Shown here piece by piece: positions 57,979-64,000 of a stretch of DNA of 64,000 nucleotides (its first letter is position 1; every line of letters starts with the position of its first letter). A program made the translations under genes and the position numbers. The notes under the pieces are model-generated. The model was not told where the DNA came from. It made no database searches and saw nothing but the letters and a program-made list of their open reading frames with translations. Source of the stretch: Myxococcota bacterium (GTDB lineage Bacteria; Myxococcota; JAJVIH01). The stretch covers positions 27,868 to 91,867 of the forward strand of contig JAJVIH010000018.1 of the NCBI GenBank assembly GCA_022072125.1, written 5' to 3'.

Positions 57979-59898
57979 ATGCTCCGGCTGACGTTGCATT
58001 TTGGCCTCTCCAACCAGCATTCCGTGGAATTTCAATCCGGCGAGGTGATGATCGGGCGCAAGCCCCATTGTTCCATCGCCATTGTGGACCCCCGTATCTC
58101 CGGCCAGCACGCCCGGCTGTACCTGCAAGGGTCTGACTGGATTTTTGAAGACCTGTTTTCCACCAATGGTTCGATGATCCACCGGTCGGGGCAGCGCACG
58201 GTGGTGGCTCCAGGGGCGCCTGGGCGGCAGAAAATCCTGACCGGCGACGAACTGCTGCTCGGCGATGCGGACACGCCCATCGTCATCCGGGTGGACGAAG
58301 CCGCCGCCGGCGAAACCCCGTCTCCGGCGCGTGAAACCGTGGTGGCGGTGCGCGCTCTCAAGCCTACGTTTGAACTGCCCCCCCGGGTTCGCGAGGACGG
58401 GGCCGCGCTGCGCGACCTGTGCCAGTTCATGGGCGAACAGGCGCGCACCTCCGAACTCGCCGATCAGTTCGTGGGGCTCTTTCGCTTTTTCCAGAAACGC
58501 TTCAGCGGGGATATCTGGTTTTACGCTGCGCTCCGCGATTTCCCCCAGGGCGAGTTCCGCAAGGCGTTCAGCCGGTCCTCCTCGGGCAAGGAGCCGGCGG
58601 ACGGCGCGCCGCCGTCCCTGCGCGAGCGGCTGCTGTCGGAGAAACAGGCCATCCTGCTCAAGGAGACCCGCGGCGCCCAGCAGTCCGAGCCGGCCGCCGC
58701 CAGCGGGGTGGACTCCATCATGGCCGCCCCATTGATGGACCACGCGGGGAAGGTATTCGGGCTGTTCCTGCTCAGCCGCCGCGGCAGGGAATTCGACGAG
58801 GCCGATCTTGCCCTGTTCGCCGCCGCCGCCGCCCATGCGGGATCGACCTTTGAAACCATCCGCCTGGTGGATGAATTGAAGGCCGCCCGCGAACAACTCT
58901 CCGCCAGCAACAAGACCCTTCTGCAGGATATCGCCAAATCCCGGAGCGCTCCCCTGCTGATTGGCGAGAGCCCCGCCATCCGCAAGGTGCTGAAGGCGTC
59001 GGACGCCGTGGCTGGGTCCGATTCCACCGTGCTCATCCAGGGGGAAACCGGCGTGGGCAAGGAGGTGCTGGCCCGGCATATTCATGGCCGGTCCGCCCGC
59101 GCCGATCGCTACTTCGCCGCGGTCAACTGCGGCGCGCTGACCGCCACCCTGCTGGAAAGCGAACTCTTCGGCCATGTCAAGGGCGCCTTCACCGGCGCCA
59201 CCAGCAACAAGAAGGGGTATTTCTCCATCGCCAATCACGGCACGCTGTTCCTGGATGAAATCGGCGAAATTCCCCTGCAGCTTCAGGTCAAGCTGCTGCG
59301 CGTGCTCCAGGAAGGCGAGTTCTGGCCGGTCGGCGCCGACAAGCCCGAGACCTGCGACGTGCGCATCCTCGCCGCCACCAATCGCGTGCTGGAAACCGAA
59401 GTCAAGGAAGGGCGCTTCCGCGAGGACCTGTATTTCCGCCTCAATGTCTTTCCGATTCGCGTACCGCCGCTGCGGGAAAGACAGGAGGACATTCCTTTGC
59501 TGGTCAACCACCTGCTGGAGCGCCTGCGCGAACGCCATCCCAACGCACCGCAAAAACTGACCGAGCGCGCCATGGCCTGTCTGTGCGCCTTCCCCTGGCC
59601 GGGAAATATCCGCCAGCTTTCCAACGAACTGGAACGCGCCTGCCTGCTCAGCGGCCACTCCACCCATATTGACGTGGACGCGCTGTCTCCCGAAATCGCC
59701 GGCGAAGACGACCCCGATGTGGTCACCGTGGACGGCACCGGGCGCGAAACCCTCAAGGAAACCATGCGCCGCCTGGAAAAGGGCGTCATCAAGCGGGCTC
59801 TCGACGAGCACCACAACAACAAGACCGCCACCGCCCGGGCGCTGGGCATTTCCCGGCAGGCCCTGCTGCTCAAGATCAACATGCTTGGCGTGGATTGA
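57979..59898 (+). CDS. Sigma-54 enhancer-binding protein with FHA and GAF-like domains and Fis HTH
   Basis: FHA 'GR...S..H...NG', 'GETGVGKE', 'GAFTGA', 'FLDEIGE', 'WPGNIRQL', C-terminal HTH. Confidence 0.92.
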   Translation: MLRLTLHFGLSNQHSVEFQSGEVMIGRKPHCSIAIVDPRISGQHARLYLQGSDWIFEDLFSTNGSMIHRSGQRTVVAPGAPGRQKILTGDELLLGDADTPIVIRVDEAAAGETPSPARETVVAVRALKPTFELPPRVREDGAALRDLCQFMGEQARTSELADQFVGLFRFFQKRFSGDIWFYAALRDFPQGEFRKAFSRSSSGKEPADGAPPSLRERLLSEKQAILLKETRGAQQSEPAAASGVDSIMAAPLMDHAGKVFGLFLLSRRGREFDEADLALFAAAAAHAGSTFETIRLVDELKAAREQLSASNKTLLQDIAKSRSAPLLIGESPAIRKVLKASDAVAGSDSTVLIQGETGVGKEVLARHIHGRSARADRYFAAVNCGALTATLLESELFGHVKGAFTGATSNKKGYFSIANHGTLFLDEIGEIPLQLQVKLLRVLQEGEFWPVGADKPETCDVRILAATNRVLETEVKEGRFREDLYFRLNVFPIRVPPLRERQEDIPLLVNHLLERLRERHPNAPQKLTERAMACLCAFPWPGNIRQLSNELERACLLSGHSTHIDVDALSPEIAGEDDPDVVTVDGTGRETLKETMRRLEKGVIKRALDEHHNNKTATARALGISRQALLLKINMLGVD

Positions 59899-60084
59899 TC
59901 GCCATCCCCTGGCGGCTTGCTTTCCGCCAGCGCATCCCGCGCCGCCCGCCTGGCGGCCCTCACCCCGTTTTGAGTCTCTTTCTCCGCCCGCTCGCGCGCC
60001 TTCCCTGGCCATGGCGGCGGATTCGACAGCGGGAGCGCGGATCGGTAACCTTGCCGCAATTTGCATGGCGCCGGGAGGTGAACA

Positions 60085-61482
<1,398 letters not shown>

Positions 61483-61684
61483 CCAGCGATTGATGCATGT
61501 TCCGGCGATCCCCGCGCGCGGAATGGCGGCATCCCGCGCCGGGAGCCCTCGACGGCGTTGAACTTGCCCGCAGAGCATAACAGGCTCCGGTCTTGATCCG
61601 CCGGGCCGCCTGGACACCGCCCAGCAAGGGAGGAAGCCCCACGGAAAACCGGTGTGAACAGCAAACTTCGCTAGCGCCATTGAA

Positions 61685-61701
61685 CCTGAACAAGTGAACT
61701 G
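61685..61701. promoter_or_regulatory. Candidate Myxococcus-type LexA (SOS) box
   Basis: cctgaacaagtgaactg matches 15/17 positions of the reverse complement of CTRHAMRYBYGTTCAGS (consensus recalled, not computed); ~60 nt upstream of a DNA-damage gene. Confidence 0.45.
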
Positions 61702-61762
61702 GCAAAATGCTGGTCTCACGCCGGAGTTCAACTTCAAAATTCCCGGCGTCTGACTGGCATCC

Positions 61763-62746
61763 ATGGACCTCGTGATTCCCCACCCGCGCGGACTGTACTG
61801 CCCGCCGGGAGATTTTTTCATTGACCCGCGCCGCGGCGTGCAGACCGCCGTGATCACCCACGCCCACTCCGACCATGTGGCGCCCGGAAGCGGCGGTTAT
61901 ATCTGTTCATCGCGTTGCGCCCCCCTGGTGCGCCAGCGCATTGGCGCCCGTTTCAACATCCGGCCCGTGGAATACGGAGAAAAATTCCGGCTGGGCGGAT
62001 GCTGGGTGTCGCTGCATCCCGCTGGACATATCCTGGGTTCGGCGCAGGTGCGCATCGAATGGCGGGACGAGGTCTGGGTGGTGTCGGGAGATTACAAACG
62101 CGATCCCGACCCATCCTGCGAGCCCTTTGAAGTGGTCGCCTGTGATGTCTTCATCACCGAAACCACCTTTGGTTCGCCGCTCTACCAATGGCGTCCTGGC
62201 GAGGAGATCGCCAGGGAAGTGCTGGCTTGGCGCGGGCAGGCGCGGGAGTGCGGGCGGAACTGCATTCTCTATTGTTATTCCCTGGGCAAGGCCCAGCGCC
62301 TGCTGGCCGAACTGGGGCGGCTGGACGCCGGCGTTGTGTATCTCCATGGCGCCCATCTGGCCCCCACCATCGCCTACCATGAGATGGGGATTCCCATGGC
62401 GAAATTCCAACTCGCCGGCGACGCCTCGAAACGTGAACTGATTCAGGGCGAACTGGTGCTGGCGCCGCCCAACGCGCGCGGAACCAAATGGGAGGCCAGC
62501 CTGGGCGAATGTGAAACCGCGTTCGCCTCCGGGTGGATGGCCCTCGCCAACGCCCGCCGCAACAAGGGCTACGACCGCGGCTTTGTCATCTCCGACCATG
62601 CAGACTGGAACTCGCTGCTGCGCACCATCCGCGAAACCGGCGCCCGGCGCGTCATCGCCATGCATGGCGACGCGGCGGCCCTGGTGCAAACCCTGCGCGA
62701 ACAGGGGTTGCAGGCGGAAGAACTGGCGGAAGCCCGCGCGGTCTGA
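61763..62746 (+). CDS. Ligase-associated DNA damage response exonuclease (MBL/beta-CASP)
   Basis: 'GLYCPPGDFFIDP', 'THAHSDH', 'AGHILGSAQ', 'SGDYK', 'YSLGKAQR', 'ASGWM', 'SDHADW'. Confidence 0.92.
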   Translation: MDLVIPHPRGLYCPPGDFFIDPRRGVQTAVITHAHSDHVAPGSGGYICSSRCAPLVRQRIGARFNIRPVEYGEKFRLGGCWVSLHPAGHILGSAQVRIEWRDEVWVVSGDYKRDPDPSCEPFEVVACDVFITETTFGSPLYQWRPGEEIAREVLAWRGQARECGRNCILYCYSLGKAQRLLAELGRLDAGVVYLHGAHLAPTIAYHEMGIPMAKFQLAGDASKRELIQGELVLAPPNARGTKWEASLGECETAFASGWMALANARRNKGYDRGFVISDHADWNSLLRTIRETGARRVIAMHGDAAALVQTLREQGLQAEELAEARAV

Positions 62747-62751
62747 AAGCC

Positions 62752-64000
62752 ATGGATGCGCTGGTTCAATTGGTTCGCGCGCTCGAAGGCCTTGGCGATC
62801 CCGCGCGCAGAATCGAGGCGCTGGCGCGCGCATGGAGGGCGTCCGCTCCTGCCTGCTCCGCATGGATGCTGTCGCTGCTGACAGGACGGCGACCGCGCCG
62901 TCTCGTGAACCCGGAAGACCTGCTCCCGGAAAGCGCCCGCGCCGCGGGCATGGCCCCATGGCTGTTTGAAGATTGCATCCGCCGCTCCGGAGATATCGCC
63001 GAGGTGATCGCGCTGACCTGCCGTCAGGAAGCGGGCGTCACCGGGGAAATCCCGCTGGAGCGCTGGATGGAGAACGAGTTTCCGATCATGCGGGCCCTGC
63101 CGCCCGGGGAGCGCGCCTCCAGGCTGATGGAATGGCGCCGGCGCGCGCCCCGGGAACATCTGCTCATTCTCAACCAGTTGGCGTGCGGAACCTTCCGGCT
63201 TGCCGCCGCACGGAATGAACTGGCGGCGGCGCTGCGCCAGGTTCTGGGAGTTCCCGCCCCGCTGCTGGCCTGGCGCCTGATGCAGGACTGGACGCCATCG
63301 GCGGATTTCTGGCGTGCGCTTGGCGATCCCGCTGGTGGTGATGTGGAGTTGACCCGTATTCCGGAGACCAGCGTCCCAATGGAAATCCGGTTGAACGATC
63401 TGGCGGAAGAGAATGCGGACAACTGGCAGGCCTTCTGGGTTCCCCGTGGCGAATCAGCGCAACTCATCCGGCGCCGCGGCGGTACGCTGCTGTGGCGGAT
63501 GGAGGAACAGGACTGGATGATCTGCCCGGATGAACTGGAAGCGGCGGCGCGGAACCTCCCTGACCGGACCGTGCTGCTGGGCGTCGTCGAAAACGGCGAG
63601 GCGGCCAAGCCGGCCAGGAAGAACACTTCCCGCAAGCCCGCGGACGAGACGGATATCCGCTTCATCGCGATGGATATCCTGGAATGGAAGGGTGAAGACA
63701 CCCGGCTATCGCCATTCGCCGATCGCCGCATGCAACTGGACCAGTCGCTTGGCGGCGCTGGCGCCCTGACGCCGCAAGCAGCCATTCCCGCCAGCGGGTG
63801 GAACGAACTGACCATGGCGCACCGCCAGTCACGGGCGCGGGGCTATCGCGGTCTCGACTTGCGGCGGCGGCAGGATGGCGGCGAATGGTTCCGTTGTCTG
63901 GCGGACCCGCTGGTGTTTCACTGCGTGCTGACCTCGTACCGGCAGGAGTCCTGGAGCGAGGAAGCGGAATTGACCTTCGCGGTTTGGGACGGCAGGGGTC
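62752..64000 (+). CDS. ATP-dependent DNA ligase homolog lacking catalytic motifs (3'-truncated by window; absent from ORF track)
   Basis: Manual translation open from ATG 62752 to window end; 'G.RPRR', 'PWLFEDC....GDIAE.IAL', 'RLM.DWTP', 'DP....VL', 'TFAVWD' match the damage-response ligase; motif I reads 'FWVPRG'. Confidence 0.8.
   Translation, partial: MDALVQLVRALEGLGDPARRIEALARAWRASAPACSAWMLSLLTGRRPRRLVNPEDLLPESARAAGMAPWLFEDCIRRSGDIAEVIALTCRQEAGVTGEIPLERWMENEFPIMRALPPGERASRLMEWRRRAPREHLLILNQLACGTFRLAAARNELAAALRQVLGVPAPLLAWRLMQDWTPSADFWRALGDPAGGDVELTRIPETSVPMEIRLNDLAEENADNWQAFWVPRGESAQLIRRRGGTLLWRMEEQDWMICPDELEAAARNLPDRTVLLGVVENGEAAKPARKNTSRKPADETDIRFIAMDILEWKGEDTRLSPFADRRMQLDQSLGGAGALTPQAAIPASGWNELTMAHRQSRARGYRGLDLRRRQDGGEWFRCLADPLVFHCVLTSYRQESWSEEAELTFAVWDGRG

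Noticed and set aside
61483-61762. 6S RNA
   Set aside because: The size fits, but I could not build the continuous rod with a central bubble, and the usual zapA/ygfA context is absent

Overview
High-GC bacterial chromosomal window with about 48 protein-coding genes and one tRNA-Ser(CGA). No mobile element, integrase or CRISPR array is visible. The gene content points to a Myxococcota/deltaproteobacterial lineage (inference): an FHA-GAF sigma-54 activator, a stand-alone PilZ protein, GspE/PulE paralogs, and lipoproteins with D-x-G linkers and Cys-rich repeats. Most genes are housekeeping or metabolic (tnaA, rpoH, thrC, ilvA, sthA, asd, ldhA, cobA-hemD, tyrS, purM). Four observations stand out. 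(1) A qNOR-family protein (36095-38401) carries the active-site substitutions described for putative nitric oxide dismutases (second FeB His->Asn, Glu->Gln, quinol-site Asp lost). (2) An ORF missing from the supplied track (62752 to the window end) is homologous to the DNA-damage ATP-dependent ligase but lacks the catalytic Lys and the other motif residues; it follows an intact partner exonuclease and a Myxococcus-like LexA box. (3) A multi-PAS sensor ends after its HisKA domain with no ATPase domain. (4) An aconitase-family gene is a LeuD-LeuC-order fusion. All family calls come from motif recognition by eye, not from database searches.
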